A DNA stretch of 64,000 bases from Eledone cirrhosa (Eukaryota), in contig OZ024758.1 of the NCBI GenBank assembly GCA_964016885.1, positions 10,788,001 to 10,852,000 on the forward strand, given 5' to 3'. The notes below the pieces were generated by a model. The model saw only the letters and a list, made by a program, of their open reading frames with translations, had not been told where the DNA came from and did no database searches. The translations under genes and the position numbers were made by a program. Each line of letters starts with the position of its first letter. Positions within the stretch are counted from its first letter, which is position 1. Shown here one piece after another: positions 1 through 13,242 of this stretch.

Positions 1-301
1 TATTAAGTTTTGTATGAGGTGCAGAAAGAGAAAACTGTTTCTTGAAAGAATACATATAAAATTTACACGAGAAAGTTACCGTTAACCAATCCTAGAAGCA
101 TATTTACTTGAAGGCAATAAATTTAAATTGTCATCTAAGCAAGTAATAAATTCAAACACATTTTAATATTTACTTTGGAGTTTATTCCTGTCACAAAATC
201 AGCGAATTCTCCACAATCAATACAAAATCTAATACTTCCTAACAACATTAATCTAAATGTTAGTATAGTTTATAATTTAGGGTTGAAAATCTCCTTCTAC
301 T

Positions 302-496
302 TATTCCTGAGAGGGTCGTCTGGGCAGAGTCCTCCAACACTCCTTCTAGTGAGTGCCGTCAGAAGCAACCGTTTCCAACTGATTCGACTGGATCTCCAAG
401 CAAGACCAGCCAAGTTCATGGATGTTATCCAACCATGTTTCTCGGGGTTTGCCCCCAGTAGGTTACCTGCCGGTTGGTTTTGCCCGTAAAATCGCA
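302..496 (-). mobile_element. Decayed 3' end of an RTE-type LINE (RT C-terminal region)
   Basis: Minus-strand translation AILRAKPTGR*PTGGKPRETWLDNIHELGWSCLEIQSNQLETVASDGTH*KECWRTLPRRPSQE* matches the RTE C-terminal pattern (G.RPRGRP..RW.D.I....DR..W); two in-frame stops. Confidence 0.65.
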
Positions 497-1290
497 CTGT
501 CACTGCCTCCGCCTCTCCCGCTCTCCTCCCTATTGTGAGCAAATGGGGGGCCCAGGCTCTGGCCACCCCGCACCCTCGGTGGATGGTGACGAGATGCGCT
601 GGATGAGTCATTCCAGCTTGCGAGGCTCACGCCTGTGGGTAGCTGATGCTGGTCAGTAGGGATCTGAAATATAGTTTAGAAGGAAAAGGGTTAATTCTAA
701 CAATTAGTTATATATAAACAAATTTCATTTTTTTCATCACCCCAGGGGACAGAAAAATAGCAATTAGATGTACCCCTGTTTCAACTCTGTGTGTCTTCAT
801 CAGAGACCACGCATGCGCTTAATCTGGTCACAGACAGAGCTATTATTATATATGGTGATAACATCAAGAATTCAATTAATCAATGTGTCTAATTTGCATA
901 ATAGTAGTTGCGGCGGCGGCTAGGAAGACACTTACTAATTAAATTATGATAATTATATACACTAAAAGTAAACAATACAAATATTTGAGATATCGATGTG
1001 ATATGTAATCTGATACACGTGAAAAAATGTAAGCTAATGTTGCCCTCATCGTGTGGACAGAGATAAAGCGCGCGCGTGTGTGTGTGTGTGTATGTATAAT
1101 TTGTGTGGATGTATATATATATATATGTGTGTGTTTGCATAGGAATCGATATGTATATGTATGGTATTAACTATAATGTATTCCAGACTTAAGCTCTGCA
1201 CATCTTTCGATTGCAGTTGAGGTTAATATTTTATCATAAGAACATTTAATAAGTACGTAAGCGTCCCGGTTTTAATATTTAAATTAATAT

Positions 1291-1621
1291 AATAATTGTT
1301 TCTACTTTAGGCACAAGGCCAGCAATTACCCAGTACATTACTGGTACTTTATTTTATCGACCCCGTAAGGATGAAAAGCAAAGTCAACCTCGACGGGATT
1401 TGAACTCAGACCACAAAGGGACCTAACTATGCTACTGCCAATTCACCGCCCTTAAATTAATATAATTGTTTCTACTATTGGCACAAGGCCAGAAATTACC
1501 CAGTACATTACTGGTACTTTATTTTATCGACCCCGTAAGGATGAAAAGCAAAGTCAACCTCGACGGGATTTGAACTCAGACCACAAAGGGACCTAACTAT
1601 GCTACTGCCAATTCACCGCCC
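1291..1621 (-). mobile_element. Two tandem internally deleted tRNA-SINE copies (1291-1451, 1462-1621)
   Basis: Both match the window's main SINE and share the same ~30-bp deletion; flank ttaaattaatataat at 1279, 1452 and 1622. Confidence 0.9.
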
Positions 1622-2401
1622 TTAAATTAATATAATAATAACTATTTTACTATCATCGTGTGTTGCTCACTCTAAGAAATTACGTACGATGGAGCTTTAC
1701 TGGAGATTTTGTGGGACGGTTTTTGAAATTAGAACATGAAGAGTCGGAATATATTGTATGACATGAAGATCGATGGAACAAGCCATCGCCCGGAAGTGGA
1801 CTTATTGACCCTAAAACTGAGGAAATGAAATGTTAAGTTGACTCTGCAGATTTAAAACTCTGAGCACAGAGGGCCGAAACAAATACTGCAAGGTATTTAA
1901 TTAGACGCTAAAATTATCAATTCAATTTGCCGGAATTTGGTAGAATAGATCCTTCATCAAGTAAAAACCACTACATGAACTCTAGGTCTACGGCGTGAGG
2001 GTAACTTCCAGCTTCTTCATTTCACCGATCACTCTCGACAGCCCTAAGAAAGGGTCACTAGCAACGTCTCTTGTTCCTTGACGAAAAAGTTAAAATAGTA
2101 TCTACCAACAAAATTAAATAGATGCAGTTTCACTACATCAATTTCTTGGCAGAAGACTAATCGTTTAGAAAGATAAGAATATAAACAAATTTCAAACATG
2201 ACTAGTATAACCAACACAACTCTATTATTTTATTTTACTCTGGTAATCTAACCAAATAGATAAGCAGGTTTATAAAAGGTTTTATGAACTCTGTTATCGT
2301 AGGAGTGGATATTTCTACTTTTATCCCATATTATCTCAGTTTGCTCACTTAGCGGCGTAAAACCTATAATCCAATATAATCTCATATACATCTTTTCCGA
2401 T

Positions 2402-2444
<43 letters not shown>

Positions 2445-2622
2445 ATCGCTTTACTTGTCTCTCAATTGGTTCCCTCTCTCAATAAGGTTTCATGCATAGA
2501 TTCTTCTGTGCGACTTTTAAGTTAATATCTGTGACTATCTACAAGATACACGCCTGCACATATGAAAATAAAAGAGGATACATACACACACAGATGCATA
2601 CATACATATAAATCTCTCTCTC

Positions 2623-2688
<66 letters not shown>

Positions 2689-4507
2689 TCCCTATATATA
2701 TATTTATATATATATATATATATATACACACGTGTATATATAACATCCCATCTAAATATACAAATGCACATACGTATGTATATATAAATATAGGTGTGTC
2801 TGTCTGTTTGTATTTATATAAATATAGGTGTCAGTATGTATGTATGTGCATAATTATAGATGTGAATATTAGAGTGGAAGTGACACTGAATGAGAAATAC
2901 AAAGGATTAGTCTAAGATGTGTATCTTTAGAGATAATTGGTACGAAGCAGTGTTGTATTTCATTAACTTATATTTAGATATTCTGTGTCAAACAAGTTTT
3001 TTTTTTTACAGCTCCAGCCTGAATTTTGCTGCTTTCTTTCATAAGCAACGGGGTCGATTTAATGACATCTAAGCTGTCTCAGATAACTGTGCTTGATACG
3101 CGATTAGAAAATAATTAAATCTAAATACATAAATTATAACTTAATTGCATTGTTGGAAACATTCTGCTATAAATAAGCCAATTAGTGAGACAACTAAAGG
3201 AATAATTTAGCTCTTGTGATATATACAGAAATATGTGAATGGTTTGACCAATGTCCATATTTCACTTCAAGTGAGATTCGTTTCCTTCCCAAATTACATG
3301 GTGTTTTAACAGTGAGATAATAAATGGTGATAAAGGCAGGGAGAGGGGGAGAAATGGAGACAGTGGGAGTTTGATTCTTTTGTGTTCGGACCTTAGTGTG
3401 TATATATGTGTATATATAAAGAACGAGTATTCCATATAATGAGGACTGTATCATTATGCTCATTAGAGACTCATACATATAATATATACACATACATATA
3501 TAAATATATATATATATACATATATATAAAGTTAAAATTGACTAAACTCCAGTTTAAATTAGTCAATATTGCTTTCTAATTTTGGTATAGAGAGGGGAGG
3601 AGTATTTTATACCCAAGTACTTTACTGGTATTTTATTTCATCAATCCAAGGAGGAAAAAAAGAAATTGCCCTCGGCGGGATTTGAAATCAGAACAAAAAG
3701 AGCCGTAATTAAATGCTGCAAAGCATGTTTTCCTGTTATTTACAATAGGATATTGTTGTATTACTATAGTTTAACAGTTGTAAATAATAAGTTAGCCCCA
3801 GTACAACTCATTTATTTCATAAATCCAATAGCTAGGAAATAAAACTGTATAAATATATGCTGATCCAATTTCTACATATTTCCTTATAAATGAATGTTTT
3901 ACCAGCAGCCAAACCATTCTTTTTAATCATATTAATATTTCAAGATAAAAATTTCCTGCCAATAAGTAACGATTATAGTAAAGGATTGAAAGCCAATTAC
4001 AGCCCTAATATACGTAGGAAAAGATGGGTCGGTGGCTATTATGTAAATCTCGACCCAATTCTCACTTCAAAACAGCAACAAACTTAAAAAACATGATTGC
4101 TGCTGAAAATATTTACCCTTAAATGACCATAAATTATCTTACTGCTTGTTTATTAGAAGATGAACAGTACACATATGTTAATATAGGCCCGTATGCCAGA
4201 GTAATACTGCATTGTATTTAATCATAGTCTGGTCTACATCATCAACATCATCATCACTTTTATTGTCTTTGTTGATGTTGTCATCACATGTGATTTTCTA
4301 AATCTATTCATGGTTCACGCGTACCCCCCCCCCCGCCAAAAAAACACCTTATTAGTTCCCGAAGAGAAAAGAAAGAAAAGAACATCATAAACAAGTCGGA
4401 TGTTCCTAACTATTACAAGGTTGTATATAGTTTAACGATGGAAACATCTGATTGTGTCTGCTCACAACCCCATTAAAAACCCTTGGTGAAACACTGCCAC
4501 ATGTAGT

Positions 4508-4639
<132 letters not shown>

Positions 4640-5326
4640 TGTAATGATAATTCTAAAGACCAAGATCCGAAGAGGGCTCGATAAGGATTGTAAATATATA
4701 TAAAATTATATATAAACCCATAAAGCAAATATTTATTATTTGAAATGCTTTGCTTACACTTTAATCTGTTATATATATGAGAGAGAGGGAGAGAAAGACA
4801 GAAACAGCCGCAGACAACTGCACAAGACTTTTGACAGGGAACGCTCATTTCTAGTATGAATGAAATAAATTTATGTAAACAAGCATTCTCTTATTTTTGT
4901 CTTACATTGTACATTGACGTTCCATGGATTTTACATACAATCTAAGAAAGTTTTTCGACTGATCCAGAAAAAGGTTGTACAGTTATTATGATATAGATTT
5001 CTAGTAACGTTATAAATTTTGAGGATGAATCATTCTAAAAAGAAATAAATGCCAACTTAATATGACCAGGGATTCCATTATAAGCTGGTGCTTAAAATAT
5101 CGAAATATTTACAATATCAAGAATTCATGTTATGTTTTTCAGAAAATTTTGTGATATATTCGTTGAGCGTGCGTCTCTGTTGTAATAGAGTATCATGCTC
5201 TGTTAGCTTTCTGGAGAAAACACTTTGAAATCAAGAATGCATTATTAAGTTTAAAGGAGATGCATTACCTAGCAATACGATTTTAGAGGATAACCATTCT
5301 CTCTCTCTCTATACATATAATTTATG

Positions 5327-5364
<38 letters not shown>

Positions 5365-5798
5365 TGTGTGTGTTTGTCTGTCTGTGCATTTATAACCAGG
5401 CACTTACGTATAAACTCTCTCTCTCTTTCTCTCACGCACACACACTCAAATATACATATAGGTGTATGTATGTATGTATGTATGTATGTATATATGTATG
5501 CATGTATGTATGTATGTATATATTTGCTCAAATATTGAAAAGAAAACATAAGCAGAACAATAATGGAATCGTGTAACTAGCTACAATTTAAATGTTACGT
5601 GAATGGCGTCTTAATGAATTATTACAGCCCGGATGTGACTGTATGTTTTCTTTGATTTTTACAAATGCCTTAATGCGCGTCGTTTAGATATAAATTAGGG
5701 AACTATTTTAAATATAATGTCCGAATATCTTTTTTTATGGATGATTAATTATTCAATGATGCACGTTATTAAAATTTTGTTTCTAGCATTTCGTTATC

Positions 5799-5910
5799 AT
5801 GCTGCTGTTGTTGCTGCTACTGTTGTTGTTGCTGCTACTGTTGTTGTTGCTGCTGCTGTTGTTGTTGTTGCTGCTGCTGTTGTTGCTGTTGTTGCTGCTA
5901 CTGTTGGTGT
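5799..5910 (+). repeat. Compound (GCT/GTT)n trinucleotide repeat
   Basis: Directly visible; explains the poly-L and poly-V/A ORFs. Confidence 0.9.
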
Positions 5911-6242
5911 TATTACTTTCCCAGAATCATCAGATCGTCGGAGAAAATATATTGCGGTATTTGTTCCAGCTTTGTACGTTTTGAGTTCAATTCCTGTCGA
6001 GCTCAGCTTTGTCGTTCTTCCTTACGGTGTCGATAAGATATAGTTCTCAAATATTCCAGTTTTTTTCCCCCTAAATTGCCTGCTTAGTAAAACTATTATT
6101 ATTATTATAGTTGCATTTATCTTGCTTTATGTTCATACGAGTTATCACCAAGTCACAACCAGTGACCTCAAGAGACAACAAGGTCCGCCATGTTCAAGAA
6201 AGAACATACATTATTATTATTATTATTATTATTATTTTGTTC

Positions 6243-6574
6243 GTGGATTTGCAATATCGCTAGAGGGTCTGACGTCATGCTTTGCAGCAAAGAGTTACTG
6301 TCCTTTATGGTCCGAGTTCAAATCCCGCCGAGGTTAACTTTGCCTTTCATCCTTACGGGGTCGATAAAATAAAGTACCAGAAAAAAGGGCGGTGAATTGG
6401 CAGTATCGATAGAGAGTCGCACATGCTTTCTAGCATAGAGTTACATCCCTTTACAATCAGAGTTCAAATCCCGCCGAGGTTAACTTTGCCTTTCATCTAC
6501 ACAGGGTTGATAAAATAAAGTCCCAGTAATGTACTGGGTAATTGCTGGCCTTGTGACAAAAGTAGAAACAATTA
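6243..6574 (+). mobile_element. Head-to-tail SINE dimer (6243-6380, A6 linker, 6387-6574)
   Basis: A-box TGGCAGTATCG and B-box GAGTTCAAATC; one TSD attattttgttcgt at 6231-6244 and 6571-6584. Confidence 0.85.
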
Positions 6575-6872
6575 TTTTGTTCGTCCTCGTGTCGGAAATT
6601 GTTGCATGCACATCGCACTTGTACCAGAAGTCTTCATACTTAAAACATATATAAAGACTTCAAAATATGTTAAAACAAACAAGTTCAGAAATAAAAGCAA
6701 TGAAAAAAATGTTGTTTCAAAACCATTGATAGCTTTAAGATTCTATTATTTATCCTGAAGTGTCGTAAAAATAAATTTAATTTTAACGAAGTAAGGTTTT
6801 AACATGGTGGAGGATTACCAGCTCACCAATGCATGTGATATTCCTTTCAAAATTCTCAATAGTTTTCTAATG

Positions 6873-6938
<66 letters not shown>

Positions 6939-8329
6939 ATGTGTGCGTGTGTGTGTATCTATGTGTGTGTATATCTATGTGTATTGATCATTAGTCAATA
7001 TATTTCCATTTCATAAACACTTCCTATTCATGTAGGACTCATCATATATTAAAACAAAATAATATCATGTGAAGTGAGAGATGGCAAATATTGAACTGGA
7101 AATGTCGAGATTGCTTAAAATGTTGGTATCAGGACAGATAACGAAATTTAGATAGATTAAAAAACAAAAGGGATGGTGGATCAAAGTTGAAACACTTCCA
7201 ATGGAACACCTCATGCACATCATTGTTGACTAGAATATTACATTATCATGTTATCAACCACCAATCTTTAAATATTTCGATAGTGAATTATACAGTTTTA
7301 GGAACTTAAACAGTTCAGTAACTACTTAAGAAAAAAAAACGCTTTGAAGAGAAATAATTGGAATTGAATAAAAGCCGAGAACAATATTTGCTATCAAAAG
7401 TTTCAATAGCCTTTAGATCGTATTATATATTCTCAAGTGTTGAGAAATGAAATTTACTTTTAACGAAGTAATATTTTAACATAGTGGATGATTAAATTCT
7501 CACTCATGCGTGCATTATTCGCTTCTTCATTTTCATTATATTTGTTTTTGTATATCGTTTACTTTTTCCGGTTTTTAATTGAACAACAGATTTTCAGTGG
7601 CAGGACCCATACTTGCAACAGAATGTAAATTCAAATTATTTCATTATGGCTGATAAATGATTTTATACTTCATTATCAACATCAACATTATTATCATTTA
7701 TCACCAGCTGCATAAGCGGCTCACCACCCTCAACAGCCACATTACATAATTTTCACACTCACTTTACATCTTAAACAACCAACACCAATATATACACATA
7801 AATACTTGTGTAATATATCTACCACACAACAGCTACAATGAAAGATCATCAAATACAAACAAAGCCATCCATCAGACTGAATTAAATTCCGTACATCACA
7901 GCAACACCACAGTAAACAGATACTGCAGTAGATACATTAAACAAAACGATTATAGTCGTTTCCACATAAAAAACAAACACACATCAATTATATTACTGTA
8001 ATACCCCGATAAAATCCAAAGATAACTTAGACATAATTTACCAGCACCAAACACAACATAAAGTAAAATTACCATTAAAACAAACAAGGAAATTATAAAG
8101 AAAATAAATCTCGGGATAGTAGACGAAAATTGTAAATATTTGTCTCCATCATAAACGACAAAATAAGTAGTAAAACTCCATACAAAATAATTATCAGAAT
8201 TAACATGGCCACAGAACCACACATTATAACTTCAGATAATATACGTACACTCCATTATCAATAAGCAATGGCTCTTATGGAAGTTTAGTTTGTCGACAAA
8301 CTTCATACAAGTTAAACTAGTTGTATGAG

Positions 8330-8540
8330 GTATAATAACTCTATATTCCGTATATATTTTTGTAAGTCCCAGGATTTTGTTTAATAATTCCCAAAGGCAG
8401 CTATTATAATAGGATTTATTTCGGGTTTTCCATCCTCACAATGTGTTTATCTTTATTTGGGGAGTTTTATATTTGCAGATATTTATATTTACAGATCTTT
8501 ATATTTATGCCTAAGCTTTCCTGGTGTTCATATCAATATG
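8330..8540 (-). mobile_element. Highly decayed R4/Dong-like non-LTR element, restriction-like endonuclease C-terminus
   Basis: Frameshifted minus-strand fragments NIKICKYKYLQI / IVRM / EINPIIIAA / LGIIK resemble the K..KY.DL..EI.RMW...PIIIGALGI motif. Confidence 0.5.
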
Positions 8541-9319
8541 AAAGCTTCTCAGCCATTTCCAAGGCCTCTATTATATTTAGCCTTAAATTAACCCTCACCA
8601 TAAAAAGGATTCTAACTGCAACCAAACCATTGGGTCTATTGCTTTTTGTTTAATGTGTCCTTCCTTTCTAAACCTCATAGAGTGATGTTTGAGAAATATA
8701 TGGCTCCAGTTTCGAGCAGATTGAGTGACCATATAGAAACTCTCAGGTATTTTCATGATCATATACAAAACTAAAGGAAAAATGATTGCTTCCCCATTAC
8801 TTTTATATATTCCTTGTTAGTATTTTATCTCCCATTGTAGATTGTGTTACCTTGTTAAAACTCTGCCTTACCACAATTACAAGATGTTGTATTTTACTAG
8901 TTACGTTATTATTTTGATAAATTATTGACATTTTCAATTGGCAACACAATCTATTGAATCTATCTCTTCGAATAAATCATCCACATACAAATGACATTTA
9001 AATTTCCTTCTTCGGTATTTATAATCCCATTCAACTTTAAATCAGCAGTTTTGTTAACGTCAACGAGACGTTGAAGAATATCTTATTAATATCATCATTA
9101 TTATTAATAGTAGTAGTAGTAGTAATGAGTGCACTGTTTAGGTTGTCCTATGTAATGGAGATGTTTCTAATATACATTTTGATTTAGAAAATATATTGCA
9201 TTCTTTTATTCTCACTTCTTGCCACGTACATTATGATGACCGGACGCTAAGTATCCCAAAGTAGTTATGACAGTGTATATATATAATATATATATATAAT
9301 ATATATATATATGTGTGTG

Positions 9320-9405
<86 letters not shown>

Positions 9406-9784
9406 CTAGGGCGGGTAAAATTCCCGAGATCCATGGACGAGTTCTCTCCAGCGGTCTCTGTCCCTCATTATCACTGCCATGTCCTGCGTCTCCAACAGAC
9501 CAGTGTCTGTCCTTAGGGCATCAACATACGTTAACCTTGGTCTTCCTCTTCCAGTGTGTCCATGTAGGGGATCCCACAGGAGCACTGAGTGCAATGTCAA
9601 CTCTGGATGTCGGTGAGCATGTGCAGCTAACCCCAGTCTCCTCTGTGTCACTTTTGAGCTGACTTTTGGGAGGCTCCCATACAGCTCTGAGTTTTTCATC
9701 CTCAGTGTATACTGATTAATGTTCAAAGCCATCCTCAGCATTCTCGTGTAGCACCCATCCACCATCTGAGTGAGTTTCTTGGTG
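9406..9784 (-). mobile_element. 5'-truncated RTE/RTEX-clade LINE 3' end with (TG)n tail
   Basis: Open frame DGCYTRMLRMALN...ELYGSLPKVS...RHPEL...LLWDPLHG..GRGRPRLTYVD.LR.DTG...RDRDRW; stop is followed directly by (TG)n. Confidence 0.85.
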
Positions 9785-10649
9785 ATATATATGGTGATAT
9801 TGGGGTATTTCAATACAGATCCTGGTAAAGATGAGACAAGCTAGTGATGCTATCCACTTTTCTTGTTACAGCACCATTTCGAAATAGGCTAAGGACTTTC
9901 TCAGCTGTTGGAGATCATGTTGTAGACTGTTAGGCTACGGGCTGCATAGCTAATCAATTATTAATAGAAAAAAGAACCAAGTTATACATTAAAACACATC
10001 TTTGTTCTACACATGTTTCAATATAGAGAAGTGGGCCATTCCACGATACATACAAGGTATTTGTTCATCGCTCCACATATCCTCTTTGGCGTAGAAGGTA
10101 GATAAGGTACGATAAAGGGAGTTGCTTGCTATATATCCCGTATTATCGATAGCCAGACAAGTTATTTCGCCCTGTTTATAAGGATTTATCATCAACGATA
10201 TAAGTAAACATTGAAAACAGGGATAACATTGTGTGTTTCAATATTGTTCCAAGATTTATGTGCGCCAACGTAGAATAAGACACAAGAGGTTTATATCTTG
10301 CAACTAACGGTTTGGAGTCCAGAGAATAGCAAGGTAGTAGAATCGTTGGTGTGTATGACACAATGCCTTGTGTTCTGAGTTCCAATCCAACTGACATTAA
10401 CTATACATTTCATCTTTTAGACTAAAGTACCAGTCAATAAGATCTGAATTCAAATCTCAGTGTGGCCTATTTGAGTGGTTGATATAATCAGTTTCCCACA
10501 AATTGATAATTTCATGATTTTATCAAATAATTAAAGTACATCTCCTGTTTGACGATACCTTCATCTACAATTGTCTCAGAGGTCCAAAAAGGGATCGTAT
10601 CACCACCCTTTCCTTCCCTAAACGACACAAACGCATCGATATTAAAAAT

Positions 10650-10836
10650 GGCGGTGGATTGGCAGTATTGTTAGAGGGTCGGACGCCATGCTTTGACGCA
10701 TAGTTACGGCCCTTGCCATTCTGAGTTGAAATCTCGCCGAGGTTAACTTTGCCTTTCATCCTTACGGTGTCGATAAAATAAAGTACCAGTAATGTAATGG
10801 GTAATTCTGGCCTTGTACCAAAAGAAGAAACAATTA
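10650..10836 (+). mobile_element. Full-length tRNA-derived SINE
   Basis: ggcggtggattggcagt...gtcgataaaataaagtaccag...gaaacaatta consensus match. Confidence 0.9.
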
Positions 10837-11107
10837 TGTTTATAAAATATAGGTTATGTTCCAGTCTGACGCTTTTATGACTTCCCTCCCTTTATCTTAG
10901 CAAATATCTCATGGAATAAGTTTTGGATAATTTAAAATTATCATTTTAATAATAATAATAATGATTCTGATGATAATTGCATAGGTGTCTCTTTTTAATG
11001 AGACGTGATGTACAGACATACATTTTTGACGCTGCGTGGGTGTGTACTGAACACACACATACATACATATATATATATATATGTACATTCACGTATGTGT
11101 GTATATT

Positions 11108-11154
<47 letters not shown>

Positions 11155-11173
11155 TCACGTATGTGTGTATATT

Positions 11174-11236
<63 letters not shown>

Positions 11237-11240
<4 letters not shown>

Positions 11241-11425
11241 ATGTTTAACCCCGACGGTAGAGCTCAAGCCGTCTCGACGGCTATTTCTGCGTCCAGAAAT
11301 AGCCGTCGAAACGGCTTGAGCTCTGCCGTCGGGGTTAAACATTTTCCTATTACCCACTCTACTACCCTAAGTATTGAGTACTCTGATGCGTTATGGTCCA
11401 CCTGGTTCCTTACCACACTTCCTTC

Positions 11426-11428
<3 letters not shown>
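11237..11428 (+). mobile_element. TA-embedded fold-back element (family A; putative PLE pLTR end with hammerhead 3' half)
   Basis: Hairpin 11237-11346 (loop cgtc) followed by tail tacccactctactaccctaagtattgagtac...ccttcgtt; (TA)n on both sides. Confidence 0.8.
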
Positions 11429-11469
<41 letters not shown>

Positions 11470-12239
11470 ATACTTTGGGAGGGTCATGTTGCCAAAAATT
11501 CAGAAACGAAATATATATATATATATATATATGCATGTATATATATTTGTGTGTGGGCAAGTATGTGTGGGCGTAAATGTATTTATGGTTCACACAATTA
11601 AATACATTTATCCATATACACACATATTTCCACATGCATACATATATTTGTTTGTGTGTATATATATATATGTGTGTGTGTGTATGAGTGTATTTATGTA
11701 TTTGTAAATGTGTGTATTTGTATGTTTATAGATACACGTATTTAAGATAGAATCCTATCAACAGCTCTAACTAACTAACGAGCTGGCAACGAAGGCAAAA
11801 TACTAAAAAGCTGTGATGGAAGCTACACAACTGTTCGTTTCGTTCTTAGATAGTTGTTAACTAATGAGATTAAAATTGATAACAGTTTGCTCATGAAATA
11901 TCATTTACCAGCATCACTAAAGCGTTTCTAAACAGATGTTTCTGCTAATCTAGTTGCTATGTTTTTCCATAAGTGTCTCGTGAACTTAGACTTTTTATTA
12001 TCTATAAAAGTATTAACAAAGGAACTGCTCTGTCCCTTTGTATATACTGTATCACATATTATAATAGATATTCGATATCACAAAGAAAAATATCTTCAGC
12101 TATTTTTAAGTTATTACAAATGGATTCCTGGCAAAGATTACAGACAATTACGCTAGACAATGCACTCTGACATTTCATTTCTACTGCTCAGTGGTTAGAG
12201 AACCAACAGTTGAGGGAGGGCGGTCCTCCATATGATAAA

Positions 12240-12288
12240 TTATCGTGCTAGAAATAGCAGCCAAATCTCTATCAAATGACACCTCAGC

Positions 12289-12322
<34 letters not shown>

Positions 12323-12435
12323 CATTGTCTAATGTTTTAGAAACATATTCTGTAAAACTTAAGATGAGTTAGTTATGGCTGGAATGGCTTTGGTTATACG
12401 TCCTCTCCATCAGGACTGGCCTGGAGTTAATAACT
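12240..12435 (+). mobile_element. Second, older SINE-like family fragment (also ~12860-12900 and ~23190-23345)
   Basis: Shared motif gaaatagcagccaaatctc in three places. Confidence 0.55.
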
Positions 12436-12921
12436 GTTTAATACTTCTACGAGACTATATTTACCTGACTTGGAGAGTTAACACGTTAAAATCAAGTCCA
12501 ATTTGGCTGATGTTGTTTATTGTGTTATTATTCATGACTGAAATATTATATATTCATAACATAATTTTTATGTTCCCTTTTACATATACAAAACTAAATA
12601 GGATGTCTCCAAAGAGAAAAACCCATAAAGAAGAGATAAGAAAGAAATAAGTATACTGTTATTCTGTTCTATCTGGAATATTGCCTTTCTAGTGATGTAA
12701 AATATGTTGGAGAAACTCCATGTAAAATAAGTACAAATCCCAAGAGGCATTTCAGTCTCTAATATAATTCAGCTTCACCGAGTTTCTAACTTATCTAATT
12801 ATTGCTTGAACCTAAGTCTTTACTACCAATGGTCTATCAATGATTGAACCTCTGTGGTCGCGCAATATGCTAGAAATTGCAGCTAAATCTGCCTCATACC
12901 AAGCTATAATGAATTTAAACG

Positions 12922-13032
12922 TATGATCTGAGTTCAAATCCCGCCGAGGTTAACTTTGCCTTTCATCTTCACGGGGTCGATAAAATAAAGTACCAGTAAT
13001 TGCTGGCCTTGTGCCAAAAGTAGAAACAATTA
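12922..13032 (+). mobile_element. 5'-truncated main SINE
   Basis: B-box through 3' tail. Confidence 0.85.
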
Positions 13033-13074
13033 TATATAGGATATAGCATAGCTTACATTATATCAGGAAAAACA

Positions 13075-13242
13075 CCAGACCTGTCAACTCACCCTGTTCC
13101 TGTGAAAGAGGGTTTCTCTTGTGAAAATGGGTATAGGTTTCATTATGTAAAATCTCCCCATTTCGCCTCATTTCTCCCCGTTTGGGGGCACTTTCTTTCA
13201 TGGTACTCCCCGTTTGGGCTTTTAGAGTTTGGCAGGTCTGCC
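13075..13242 (+). repeat. Unclassified dispersed repeat; second copy ~14218-14575 is interrupted by a SINE
   Basis: tctcttgtgaa..gggtatag.tttcat|tatgtaaaa..cccattt...catggtactcc..gtttggcaggtctg present in both. Confidence 0.7.

Noticed and set aside
297-611. 104-aa minus-strand ORF as a gene
   Set aside because: Its 3' half is an off-frame reading of a decayed RTE end; no recognisable domain
5717-6043. Poly-Val/Ala and poly-Leu ORFs
   Set aside because: Trinucleotide repeat plus decayed SINE
10977-11576. 199-aa ORF and similar [18 protein letters not shown] ORFs
   Set aside because: Read-through of (TA)n and the non-coding family A element
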